This document shows positions 52,947 to 62,471 of a DNA stretch of 64,000 bases, one piece after another (the first letter of the stretch is position 1; each line of letters starts with the position of its first letter). Made by a program: the position numbers and the translations under genes. The DNA is from a bacterium (lineage in GTDB: Bacteria > SAR324 > XYD2-FULL-50-16). Location of the stretch: NCBI GenBank assembly GCA_032250835.1, contig JAVVEA010000006.1, positions 1-64,000 of the forward strand, given 5' to 3'. The notes beneath the pieces were generated by a model. The model was given only the letters and a program-made list of their open reading frames with translations. It had not been told where the DNA came from and made no database searches.

Positions 52947-55900
52947 ATGAGCCTGCCAAAGTACATTGAAGCGACCGGAAATATCTGTTTCGAACCGCCC
53001 TACGATCTCTTAGGCACCGACTTCTATTGCTTCCCCTTGGGGGGTAAAAGGGAGACCATCCAAGCGACGGTAGACCAGTTTTTGGCTCCGGTGCTTGAGG
53101 GGACGGGCATCCGGTATGAGGTGATCAGCGATTTCTTGATGCTGGGCTTGGCCTATGCCGAACGCGCCAGCAGCGCCGTTGAGCCCGCTCGTTCGACTGG
53201 CTGGGTGCCCGAGGTGGACTGGGCTTTTTGGGTTCCCTTGATGCGTTATGAGGGCAACGAACCCAAGCGCATGGTTTGGTTTATGCCCTATGTGTTTGTG
53301 AACAATCCCATTGCTATGGTCGGCGGGCGCGAGATTTATGGATTCCAAAAGACCACCGCCCAGTTTGATCCCCCGGCGTCGCCTAAGGTAATGGGTGACT
53401 TTAGCTTAGAGGCCTGGGCCTTTGCGGAATTTGGAGTGGAGCAAGAAGGCAAGGTTCAGGAGATCTTCAATTTGAAAAACCTGGGCGCTGGGCCCGACGA
53501 AGCTTCGTTCTTTAAAGACCTACTGCTTGCCGCCGAGACGCTGGTTAGCTTGGCCGAAATGGCGATAGGTGATCCGGCAGATCTATTGAAAGCCCTAATC
53601 GCCGATTTGCTCAGGGGCCAAGTCCCTCAGGTGTTCCTCAAACAATTCCGCGATATAACGAAAGGGGATAAGGCCTGTTACCAAGTGGTGGCCGAGGCTC
53701 CGGCGCGTTTGCTGAAGCTGCCGAGTATTAGCCCGATCTTTGAATCTTACCAACTCAACAACCCCAACCTAGCCAGCTATCCCTTTGCCCAGTCTTTGGG
53801 GATCGGTGAAGGGGCGATCCCATTGGGGCTGGGGATGAAGGTGCAGATGGATTTCCGCATGGAAATGGGCGAGGTCATCGCCCAGTCCAAGGAATTGCGG
53901 CCCCAGAAGGTTGCGGTCTTGGGGGCTGGGGTGGGCTCGCTCTTGGCGGTGGCGGCGGTGGTGACCGCGCCGGAATATAACGGGCAGTATCAGTTCACCG
54001 TCTATGAACGCGGCTGGCGGATCGGCGGCAAAGGAGCCAGTGGCCGTAATACTGAAAAGGACATGCAGATTGAAGAGCATGGCCTGCATATCTGGTTGGG
54101 CTTTTATAATAACGCCTTCCATTGGATCGACGCCGCCTACCGCGCGGCTTTGGAGCGGCTGGGATACAGCCACCTGGGTCTAAGCTGGCGCGATTTCTTT
54201 TCGCCCACCGACCTAGTGGTCTTTGAAGAAAAGGTCAAAAATCAGTGGAAGCCCTGGCCCATCAAGTTCCCAGATAACGCCGAGGTCCCTGGCAGCCCCG
54301 AGCAGTTCTTAGGCCCTATCGACTATGCCGAGATGATGGTGGAAATGCTGCTGGAGATGCTGCGGAATTTAAAAGCCGAAATTGAAGGGGAACGCAGACA
54401 ACGGACGGGCTTTTTTGGTGGATTGCAGGACTGGTTTGAGCGGTTGGTTAGCAACCAGCCGATTCAAGCCTTAGATGGGCTATTGGTCTCCTTACTAGAA
54501 CGCTTGGCCCAAGCTAAAAAAGCAATGAACCGGGCCGAGGGCCCGGTCCAAGAGATCGAAGAGCTGATCCAGGCGGTGTTGGGCGAGATCTTGGAATTGG
54601 TAGATAGCGTCCAAAAGCTGATCGAAAAAATCCTCAAGCCCTTCTTTGATGACTCGGACCTGTTGCGTCGACTTTGGACCATCATGGACTTAGGCCTGAC
54701 CGTATTGACCGGCATGTGCCAAGATAAAATGTTTACCCGGGGCTTCTCGGTGGCCAATGACCTCGACTTTTACGCTTGGCTTAAAAAACATGGTGCCGAC
54801 CAGTTAGTGATGGAAGGGCCGCTGATTCAGGCGGTCTACGACATTGTCTTTGGTTACGACGACGGAGACCCAGAACGCCCGGCCTTGGCCGCTGGGGTGG
54901 GGCTTTACGGTAGCTTTAGGATGCTGCTGACCTACAAGGAGCACATCTTCTGGCGCATGAACATGGGCATGGGGGACATTGTCTTCACCCCGCTTTATGA
55001 GTTGTTACGCTCCAAGGGCGTGAAATTTGAGTTCTTCCATCAAGTAGACCAGATCAAAGCCAGCGACGATGGGGACCAAATTGACTCCCTTGAGATCATC
55101 CGCCAAGTGGACCTTAAGCCTGAAGTGAAGGCCTATGACCCTTATGTAAGCGTTCCTTATAATGTACCGAACAAGGACCTAACGATTGATTGGCCCTGCT
55201 GGCCCAGCGAGCCTAATTGGGACCAAATCAATCCCGATCAGGCCGCCCAGCTTAAGGAATTGGAAAAGCGGCGGCTGACCTTAGAGTGCCCTTGGTCTCC
55301 CTGGGAAGGGGTGGGGCGTATTGAGCTGAAGCGCGGGGTGGACTTTGATCAAGTCATCTGCGGGATCACCGTGCGCGCCTTGGACCCGATCAGCCAGGAC
55401 CTGCAGGCGAAACGACCGGAATTTAAGGAGATGTTGCGACAAACCAAAACAGTGGTCACCCGTGGGGCCCAGCTTTGGTTTAAACAGAGCAGCGAAGAGT
55501 TGGGCTTTGATCCCGGAGAGGACCGGTATCAAGGGCTTGAGCCCATTGTGGGCGGCTATGTAGAACCCTACGGCAGCATCGCCGACTTGACCCATCTGAT
55601 CGCTCAGGAAACCTGGGGAGCGAACCCGCCCAAATACTTGGCCTATCCCTGCGGGGTGATGAAGATGGGGGTGATGCCGCCGCCCAGTGATCAGGACTTC
55701 CCCATGCGGGCCTATCAAGAGATTGTGGACACCTCTTGGGCTTGGCTGGACCAAAACGCCGCCTACCTCTGGCCCAATGCTTGCGGTCCCGATGGCAAGC
55801 TGAAACCTGAAGCTTTAGACAGCCAATATTGGCGGCCCGGTGTCAATTATACGGAGCATTACGTCTTGAGCGTGCCCGGTTCGGTGGTCTACCGCCGGGG

Positions 55901-56078
55901 CCCTAACGACCTGAAGGTAGCCAACTTGTTTTTAGCCGGCGACTGGACCAAAAACCTGATCAACGCCGGTTGCGTCGAGGCGGGCGTGATCAGCGGGCTC
56001 AACTGTGCGCGCTTCTTGACTGGCTGGAACATCCCAATCTACAACGCCACCAAGAAGCAGCTCGAAGAGGGGCCCTAG
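52947..56078 (+). CDS. fusion of acetoacetate-decarboxylase-fold domain and FAD-dependent oxidoreductase (carotenoid/amine oxidase superfamily)
   Basis: GREIYGFQK and FLKQFRD in the first ~310 aa; VAVLGAGVGS, IGGKGASGR, EEHGLHIWLGFY, NLFLAGDW, GCVEAGVISG. Confidence 0.8.
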   Translation: MSLPKYIEATGNICFEPPYDLLGTDFYCFPLGGKRETIQATVDQFLAPVLEGTGIRYEVISDFLMLGLAYAERASSAVEPARSTGWVPEVDWAFWVPLMRYEGNEPKRMVWFMPYVFVNNPIAMVGGREIYGFQKTTAQFDPPASPKVMGDFSLEAWAFAEFGVEQEGKVQEIFNLKNLGAGPDEASFFKDLLLAAETLVSLAEMAIGDPADLLKALIADLLRGQVPQVFLKQFRDITKGDKACYQVVAEAPARLLKLPSISPIFESYQLNNPNLASYPFAQSLGIGEGAIPLGLGMKVQMDFRMEMGEVIAQSKELRPQKVAVLGAGVGSLLAVAAVVTAPEYNGQYQFTVYERGWRIGGKGASGRNTEKDMQIEEHGLHIWLGFYNNAFHWIDAAYRAALERLGYSHLGLSWRDFFSPTDLVVFEEKVKNQWKPWPIKFPDNAEVPGSPEQFLGPIDYAEMMVEMLLEMLRNLKAEIEGERRQRTGFFGGLQDWFERLVSNQPIQALDGLLVSLLERLAQAKKAMNRAEGPVQEIEELIQAVLGEILELVDSVQKLIEKILKPFFDDSDLLRRLWTIMDLGLTVLTGMCQDKMFTRGFSVANDLDFYAWLKKHGADQLVMEGPLIQAVYDIVFGYDDGDPERPALAAGVGLYGSFRMLLTYKEHIFWRMNMGMGDIVFTPLYELLRSKGVKFEFFHQVDQIKASDDGDQIDSLEIIRQVDLKPEVKAYDPYVSVPYNVPNKDLTIDWPCWPSEPNWDQINPDQAAQLKELEKRRLTLECPWSPWEGVGRIELKRGVDFDQVICGITVRALDPISQDLQAKRPEFKEMLRQTKTVVTRGAQLWFKQSSEELGFDPGEDRYQGLEPIVGGYVEPYGSIADLTHLIAQETWGANPPKYLAYPCGVMKMGVMPPPSDQDFPMRAYQEIVDTSWAWLDQNAAYLWPNACGPDGKLKPEALDSQYWRPGVNYTEHYVLSVPGSVVYRRGPNDLKVANLFLAGDWTKNLINAGCVEAGVISGLNCARFLTGWNIPIYNATKKQLEEGP

Positions 56079-56149
56079 GCTGAGGGCCGGGTTGCCCAAA
56101 CCTGGGCAACTCGACATTTTTGGGCAAGGCCCATAAAACCCCATGTGGA

Positions 56150-59100
56150 CTATAACCCATCCACGGTCACGGGGGTAAGCAAGTTCAATGAATTGCTCAA
56201 CGCTTCCGAAACCGCACCTCTGTAGTTGCTGCCCCAGCATTTTACCGTTCCATCGCTGAGTAGGGCACAACTGTGGGTGCTTCCGGCGGCTACTTTGGTG
56301 GCGGTAGTTATGCCACTGACTTGTACCGGTACGCTGGAATTGGTGGTGCTGTTGTTCCCTAACTGCCCATAGAGATTGTGGCCCCAACACCAAACAGTTC
56401 CATCACTTTTAAGAGCACAGGCATGGCTGCCCTTTGACGAAATCTGGGTGATGCCCGTCAAACCGGATACGGTGGCTGGGCTGGTGATCAATACGGTGGT
56501 GGTGGAATTGTTGCCACATTGCCCATAGTAGTTACTTCCCCAACAACGGAGGGTGCCATCGGTGCGCAGGATGTAAAAGGCAGAACTTCCTGTTACTTGG
56601 GTGGCCCCAGCTAGGGCGGTTTGTAGGGTTGACGCTCCTGTGTTGCGATTTACCGAATAGATGGCACCCGCCGCAGTTCGGCCAAAAAACTCTAAACTAC
56701 CAAAGGCCGCATCCACGTATGAAGAGGTCGCGAGGTAGTTGACCGGATTGCGGTGAGTGGTTCCCGCTTCGCTTGGAAGGGTCAGATAACCCCAACACTT
56801 TACGTTGCCACCGGCTAGAATGGCACAAGTCGCTTGAGTAGACGATATTAAAGCCGAGGGATTGCTGATCCCGGGGACCGTGAGGGGTTTTAGGGCACCC
56901 GAATCGATGGAGCTATAAGTCAAGCCATCGCCCAACTCTCCGTGATAAGAAGCGCCGGAGCACTGGACCGAACCGGTGGTGAGCAGGGCGCAATAAAAGT
57001 AGTCGCCCATATTTATTTTCGACAGATTGCTTAGGCCCGGCACCCGGTTCAAGGGGCCGCTGGTGGTTTGGTCCATCCAGGGGACCAGTCCCCAACATTT
57101 AGCGGTACCGTCCGAAAGCTTGGCGCAGGTGGAGAAATTACTGGCTGCTAGGTCGGTGACTGGAATGGAATCAACCACTTTGACGCTCGCCGGGGAGGCA
57201 AATTCACCGGTGCTATTTTTAGAATAGACCAGCAGGTGGGTTGCTCCGTTGGGCAAGCTTCTGGCGGTTAAATTGAAATTTTGACTGGCCCCGGTTTTGG
57301 GTAGGGTAGCCAGCGCAGCGTATCCACTCAACTTGGTATAGCTATTGGAGCCCCAGTACACTACATAATCGGTTAGGTCGGACTCGCTGGTCGCCAAGGT
57401 GATCCCCAAGGTCCCCTGAACCGTGCCCGCCGTATGGTTTTGATCGATAAAGGTCAGGCTGCGCGCTGTGCTGCTGGGGCCAACTTGGGCTAGGCCCGCC
57501 TTGCCCACCAAGGAGGGGAGGCTCTGAGACGTGGTGTTGCCGTTGCCAAGTTGCCCGTAGTCATTGCTGCCCCAACACAGAATCTTTCCGCTCGAAAGCC
57601 GCGCACAAATTCCGTTAGAAGTGTTGGCCACAATTTGTTGTACTCCAGCGAGTCCGGGCACTAAAGTGGGCTGATAGCGCCACGCCAAGTCCCCTAATCC
57701 GTTTGCACCGTATGAGGCTAGGCCCCAGCATTTAACGCTCCCATCGGTATGCAAACTGCAGATATTGCCGCTGCCCAGGGCTAAGGCCTTGACTGAAGTA
57801 AGCCCTGCCAAGGTTGTGGCTGTGGTGGATGCTGCTGCCGTAGGGTCGGCCAGGAAGAGGCGGAAGCCACTATTGCCCCAGCATTTGACGGTAGCATCTG
57901 TCAATACGGCGCAAGCCCGGCTATTTCCCGTGTAGACGCTCACGGCGTTGGTGACCCCAGAGACCATTACTGGCACCCACCGATCAATGGTGGTTCCGTC
58001 GCCTAATTGGCGATAGTTGTTGTGGCCCCAGCAAGAGACTTGCCCGCTAGAGAGCCTCGCGCAGCCAAAACCGTTAGTCATAGAAATTTGGGTCGCTGTG
58101 GAAATTCCGGTCACCGGCACGATACTCGACTGGTTCTGGTCGTTGCCGTTGCCTAGGGCGCCATAGTATCCGTAGCCCCAGCAGTAGACGATTCCAGATC
58201 CGGTGAGGGCGCAGTTAGAATGCCCGTAGGTTACGAGTTGGGTCACGTTGCTGAGCCCAACCACAGTAGACTGGTGTGTAAACCACCCAAGGTTGGGGTC
58301 GCCCAGCTGCCCATACCAGTTGATGCCCGCACATTGGACCGTTCCCGTTGAGGTTCGGGCGCAAGCGTGAGACGACCCGATTTCCACTTCGACCACATCG
58401 CCGAGACTAGAGGAAATTGCGGGCAACAAACTCTGATCTGAGGAGGCTGTTGGGCTGCGCAGATAATCGCCGGTATCTCCCCAACATTGCATCAACTTGT
58501 TGGACAGAGCCGCACATCCGGCTTGATCACTCAAACTAATTTGGCTGAGTGTCGGCTCCGCTTCGGTGGTGAAGGTAACGCTGACCGGATAGTTTATGGC
58601 ATTGCCCGCCGCGTCTTTCACCCCTGTGGTGATGCTTAAGTTATAGGTCTTGCCAAAAAGTAAGGCTTGGCTGGGGGTAAAGGTGATGACTTGATTTGAA
58701 GCCGAAGCGGTCCCCGAAAGGGTGGTTCCGTTTTGGGTGAGGACGACCGTACTGGCGTTGACGCTGCTAGAGGACAAGGCCTCGTCGAAGGTGACCGTTA
58801 AATCCTTGATCACGCTGACGCCAGTGCCGCCCCCGCTGGGCGAAGTGGAAACCAGGCTTGGGCCGGTGGTATCGCTGGTACTGCTGGTGGTTGTAGTAGT
58901 GGTGGTCGTAGAAGTGGAGGCATAGTCAACCACGGCCCAGGCGGTAGGGCGCGCATTCAGGCCATTTTCGTTGTAGCTGAAGCCCAAGAAAAAACCAGTT
59001 GCAGCCGGAATATCTTGGTCGGTCAGTACAATCTTATGGTTGGCTTCATTGACAGTAGAATCAAAAATAGGCGCGCTACCTGGAGTGATCTGGGTTTCGG

Positions 59101-59407
59101 TAGAACCCCAATAGACGCGGTAACCGGTAATATCGGATTCATCCACCGCATCCATCAAAGACAAAGTTCCCGTCAATTTCCCATAACTCTGACCTACGTC
59201 CACAAAGGTCACCACCAACGGCCCGTAGGTCGGGGAACCAGGGGCCCCAATTGTGGGACCGTCCGTAGCCGTCGTATCGGTTGTGGTTGAGGTTGTGTCG
59301 GTGCTGCTGGAGTTATCTTGCGCTGAACTACCGGATTCTGATTGGCAATTCATCAAACTAAGGATCAATAGTAACCCAACTATCAGGCGGTAAAACTTGC
59401 GGTCCAT
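56150..59407 (-). CDS. surface lipoprotein with Ig-like domain and many RCC1/BLIP-II repeats
   Basis: Lipobox-like SLMNC; Ser/Thr linkers; VTFDE..ITFTP..GVKDAAGN; repeated HxCA..DGTVxCWGxNxYGQLG. Confidence 0.88.
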   Translation of the reverse strand: MDRKFYRLIVGLLLILSLMNCQSESGSSAQDNSSSTDTTSTTTDTTATDGPTIGAPGSPTYGPLVVTFVDVGQSYGKLTGTLSLMDAVDESDITGYRVYWGSTETQITPGSAPIFDSTVNEANHKIVLTDQDIPAATGFFLGFSYNENGLNARPTAWAVVDYASTSTTTTTTTTSSTSDTTGPSLVSTSPSGGGTGVSVIKDLTVTFDEALSSSSVNASTVVLTQNGTTLSGTASASNQVITFTPSQALLFGKTYNLSITTGVKDAAGNAINYPVSVTFTTEAEPTLSQISLSDQAGCAALSNKLMQCWGDTGDYLRSPTASSDQSLLPAISSSLGDVVEVEIGSSHACARTSTGTVQCAGINWYGQLGDPNLGWFTHQSTVVGLSNVTQLVTYGHSNCALTGSGIVYCWGYGYYGALGNGNDQNQSSIVPVTGISTATQISMTNGFGCARLSSGQVSCWGHNNYRQLGDGTTIDRWVPVMVSGVTNAVSVYTGNSRACAVLTDATVKCWGNSGFRLFLADPTAAASTTATTLAGLTSVKALALGSGNICSLHTDGSVKCWGLASYGANGLGDLAWRYQPTLVPGLAGVQQIVANTSNGICARLSSGKILCWGSNDYGQLGNGNTTSQSLPSLVGKAGLAQVGPSSTARSLTFIDQNHTAGTVQGTLGITLATSESDLTDYVVYWGSNSYTKLSGYAALATLPKTGASQNFNLTARSLPNGATHLLVYSKNSTGEFASPASVKVVDSIPVTDLAASNFSTCAKLSDGTAKCWGLVPWMDQTTSGPLNRVPGLSNLSKINMGDYFYCALLTTGSVQCSGASYHGELGDGLTYSSIDSGALKPLTVPGISNPSALISSTQATCAILAGGNVKCWGYLTLPSEAGTTHRNPVNYLATSSYVDAAFGSLEFFGRTAAGAIYSVNRNTGASTLQTALAGATQVTGSSAFYILRTDGTLRCWGSNYYGQCGNNSTTTVLITSPATVSGLTGITQISSKGSHACALKSDGTVWCWGHNLYGQLGNNSTTNSSVPVQVSGITTATKVAAGSTHSCALLSDGTVKCWGSNYRGAVSEALSNSLNLLTPVTVDGL

Positions 59408-59691
59408 CTTGATCGGTCCAAAACAACAGAATTAAAAAATACCCTTAGTTTTCCGAAGCTACCCTATAAAAGAGAAAATTCACAACCAGCAGAAACTGCA
59501 ATTCGGCCCTTTTGACCGATTTTGACCAAAACCACCAACAGAATCGGGCTGGCCAAGATTCAAGCAAGTCAACGTCACCACGAAAAAAGAGGTCTTTAGG
59601 GCAAATTTCCTGGCCGCACCCTAGGCTAAGGGTGCCTAGGGGCGATCAAAAAAGTTTATATAACTGGTGGGAGTTGCAGTAGAGTAGGCTA

Positions 59692-59878
59692 TCTAGTGCG
59701 ACTTTTTGGTGCTGCGGCGCTGGAACGAGCTAGGACCAAATCAGGGATGGAAGCCAAGTAGGGGGAAAAGTAAACTTTGCTGCTGGAGCGAGCCAGCCCT
59801 GAGGTCCTAAGGAAAGAGCAGATAGACGCAACCCAAGGGCCCAATCTATCTGCAAGACCCCCCGAGTGCCGCACTAGA
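59692..59878 (+). ncRNA. candidate multi-stem structured RNA
   Basis: TCTAGTGCG/CGCACTAGA closing stem; TAGGACC+TCAGGG with CCCTGA+GGTCCTA; GCAGATAGA/TCTATCTGC. Confidence 0.35.
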
Positions 59879-59896
59879 GGGACTTTGTTGGGTTGA

Positions 59897-60643
59897 TTAA
59901 CCTTTTTTGGCTGCCTTCTCAGCTTCGGCGGCTTCCTTAAACTTGTCGTCGATCATCTCCTTGACGTATTCTAGGACGTTGCTGACCGAGCTGTTGACCT
60001 GCTCTTTAAGGTCCGAACCGCGCCAAACACCGGCAAAGCTGCTGATCGTTTTGTCTCCGCTACGTGTGGCACCTTGCATCAACACCTTTTTCCCGGTGGC
60101 GTCAAAGAGGTGCATGGTCAGTGTGGTGTTAACCCGTGCTTGAGTTACGCCGATGGAGGTTCCGGCTTTTTCCAGCTTGGCGTCCATCATCACGATCAAA
60201 GCACCATCAACACCCCTGAGCCCTTTGATGGCTTCTAGGACCAGTTCGGTCTGGTTGGGGTAAATCTGCTTGTATCCATCAGGGGCAATTTTGCCGCCCA
60301 TGTTTTCGTCCTTAATGGCCTTATAAAATTTGCTGGATAACACTTGAGACTCAGGGACCATTTGAACCCGGAAGATGCCTTTGGATTCGCGTAAGATCTG
60401 GTCTTTAACGGCGTCCATCATGGGCTTGAGTGACGTCGAGTCGCTTTGTGCGGCAGTGGCGGCTAAAGCCAACAGACTGCCGCTGGAAACCTCCGACGTA
60501 TTGACGTCTTCAGGAGCCATTAAAGTGACCAAAGCAATTTTATTCATTTTCTTGATCGCCGGGACATCTACCTTTGCACAGGCTGACATAAGCAGCGCAA
60601 TGGAGGCCAAGGCGAAGAAGATTTTTAAGGAGGGCTTTTTCAT
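59897..60643 (-). CDS. lipoprotein of unknown function
   Basis: Start MKKPSLKIFF with lipobox MSAC. Confidence 0.8.
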   Translation of the reverse strand: MKKPSLKIFFALASIALLMSACAKVDVPAIKKMNKIALVTLMAPEDVNTSEVSSGSLLALAATAAQSDSTSLKPMMDAVKDQILRESKGIFRVQMVPESQVLSSKFYKAIKDENMGGKIAPDGYKQIYPNQTELVLEAIKGLRGVDGALIVMMDAKLEKAGTSIGVTQARVNTTLTMHLFDATGKKVLMQGATRSGDKTISSFAGVWRGSDLKEQVNSSVSNVLEYVKEMIDDKFKEAAEAEKAAKKG

Positions 60644-60928
60644 GGTAAACTCACGTTGGGGTGTGCGCGAGCAGGGAATTCGCTTAATGGGGAACGGAGT
60701 CCCTGAGGAAATCTGAACGTCTTGGGTGACCTCTAAAGGACTCGGAGCCATATACTGACCTTGGGTAGCCAATAGAGTTTGATGCAATTGGAGGCTTGGC
60801 TCAAAACCAATTATTTTATTTGGTTATAAGCTACTAATCGCCCTGAAATTGTACGATCATGTTAATCTATAAGGGTGCCGCTGCAATCGGTCAGTTTCAC
60901 TTAAATACACTTCTATTAAGGAATTAGG

Positions 60929-61171
60929 ATGATTAGCAAAATAAAGAGCTTAGCGGTCTATTCGGTAGGCTTGGTAGCAGGAATTTTCCTGGGGAAATGG
61001 GCGGCCAAAATCGCCGGGGATATGATGGGGTTTTTAGATTCTTTGGGCGGCCCAGCCTACTTAACCAGTCGGGTGATGATCCCGACGAACCTGTTAGGGG
61101 TGGTTGAAGCTTTAGTCACGGTGATTGTTCTTGCCGCGGTGGTTGGCGCCATCGGAAATCGCTGGCAATAA
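60929..61171 (+). CDS. small two-TM membrane protein
   Basis: 80 aa, two hydrophobic segments, AAGGA/AGGA upstream. Confidence 0.6.
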   Translation: MISKIKSLAVYSVGLVAGIFLGKWAAKIAGDMMGFLDSLGGPAYLTSRVMIPTNLLGVVEALVTVIVLAAVVGAIGNRWQ

Positions 61172-61520
61172 GGTAAGCTGGCGGTAGGATACTTATTTTG
61201 GTATCTGGCGCAAGCAGGGGGCATTCTTTCGCGGCAAAGCTGTACGATCCGTCTTTTGGTTTGCTGCTGTTCATTGGCAGCTAGCGTTTGTCCAGCCAGC
61301 GTGAAACAGCAGCCGTCATGGCCGGGGCTGGCGCAGAGCCCCAAAAGCAGCAAAGCGAAGTGCGCAGAATCCCCGCTCTTCCAAATCTCCCCCGGTGGAA
61401 TACAAACCAATCCCGGCTAGCTTACCCTGCTTCACTTTTTATCGGTGGGGAATAAGGTGGGGAGCGGAGCCCCTAGGAAAATCTGACCGGCTTGAATAAG
61501 CGCTAAGTCATTGAAATTTG

Positions 61521-61597
61521 TGGCGGGGTTGACGGGACTCGAACCCGCGGCCTCTAGCGTGACAGGCTAGCGTTATAACCAACTTAACTACAACCCC
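61521..61597 (-). tRNA. tRNA-Asp (GTC)
   Basis: Reverse complement GGGGTTGTAG...CTAGC-CTGTCAC-GCTAG...GGTTCGAGTCC...CAACCCCGCCA. Confidence 0.97.
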
Positions 61598-61629
61598 ATT
61601 GTGCCGCTGCCATCAGGCAGGGTCAGTCG

Positions 61630-61705
61630 TGGTGGGCGCTACAAGGCTCGAACTTGTGACCTGCGGCTTGTAAGGCCGATGCTCTACCAACTGAGCTAAG
61701 CGCCC
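61630..61705 (-). tRNA. tRNA-Val (TAC)
   Basis: Reverse complement GGGCGCTTAGCTCAG...CGGC-CTTACAA-GCCG...AGTTCGAGCC...AGCGCCCACCA. Confidence 0.96.
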
Positions 61706-61746
61706 ACGACTTGAGCCCTAAAATCTATCGAGTAGGCTTTAAGCTG

Positions 61747-62127
61747 TCAAGGGAAACTGCGGACCGAACCTTCGTAAACTGCTGAGTGGCTGAAAATATA
61801 CCCCGGCATCGGCTGATCGGTTGCAACCAAGTGGAAGCCATGACGCTCTAAGATTTGAAAAACCATCTCACCGACCATTTTTTTGGCCAACTGCTCCTTA
61901 GACTCAAACCAACTAGGATCGATCAGAGACACCAGCAAAGGCTCCACTAAGCTCATGGCAGGCAGACCCGACTCGGTGGCCTGGACCAGAAGCCGCAAGC
62001 CCGGACCCTGACTGAGCGCATACCAGCAGGCATGTGCCTGGGGGCTGCTGGCCAGTTGGCGATGGGAATTTGAAGGTTGGTAAGAGCCGGGGAGGCCCGG
62101 TTGTTGATTGAGGGGTTCTGCTTTCAT
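61747..62127 (-). CDS. hypothetical protein
   Basis: 126-aa ORF with AGGA RBS. Confidence 0.6.
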   Translation of the reverse strand: MKAEPLNQQPGLPGSYQPSNSHRQLASSPQAHACWYALSQGPGLRLLVQATESGLPAMSLVEPLLVSLIDPSWFESKEQLAKKMVGEMVFQILERHGFHLVATDQPMPGYIFSHSAVYEGSVRSFP

Positions 62128-62208
62128 GGGAATGTCCTATTTTTGTCCTGTACAAGTGGCACAAAAGGAGGCCTTAACATAAAGCTGAACCTTTTTTCTG
62201 GAGTAAAT

Positions 62209-62409
62209 ATGGCCTATCCTTACGGAAACATAAAAATCATCAGAGCAAAATACAAACTTAACGGGACCAACTATTCAAAGCGTTGTAGTGAATGCGGATA
62301 TGAAACGGAGGACTACAACGACAGCCGAGGCGTTCATGTCATAAATATCTGCAAGGCCTGTTCTTACCTCAACCATGTCAACAATGGCGACCAAGAGGTA
62401 TATACCTAA
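62209..62409 (+). CDS. small zinc-ribbon-like protein (66 aa)
   Basis: GGAG RBS; CSEC...CKAC; AT-rich; terminator follows. Confidence 0.55.
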   Translation: MAYPYGNIKIIRAKYKLNGTNYSKRCSECGYETEDYNDSRGVHVINICKACSYLNHVNNGDQEVYT

Positions 62410-62414
62410 ACGCG

Positions 62415-62450
62415 AAAAAGGCACCGCAGGTTTACTCTACGGTGCCTTTT
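62415..62450. terminator. bidirectional terminator
   Basis: AAAAAGGCACCG...CGGTGCCTTTT between convergent genes. Confidence 0.8.
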
Positions 62451-62471
62451 AATGTCTTGTCGATCAATTGT

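Noticed and set aside
56150-59407. RCC1 repeats as a CRISPR array or DGR target
   Set aside because: Repeats are degenerate and protein-coding; no reverse transcriptase, cas genes or template repeat seen
59665-59671. TGGTGGG matching the tRNA-Val 3' end as an att site
   Set aside because: A 7-nt match is expected by chance, and there is no integrase
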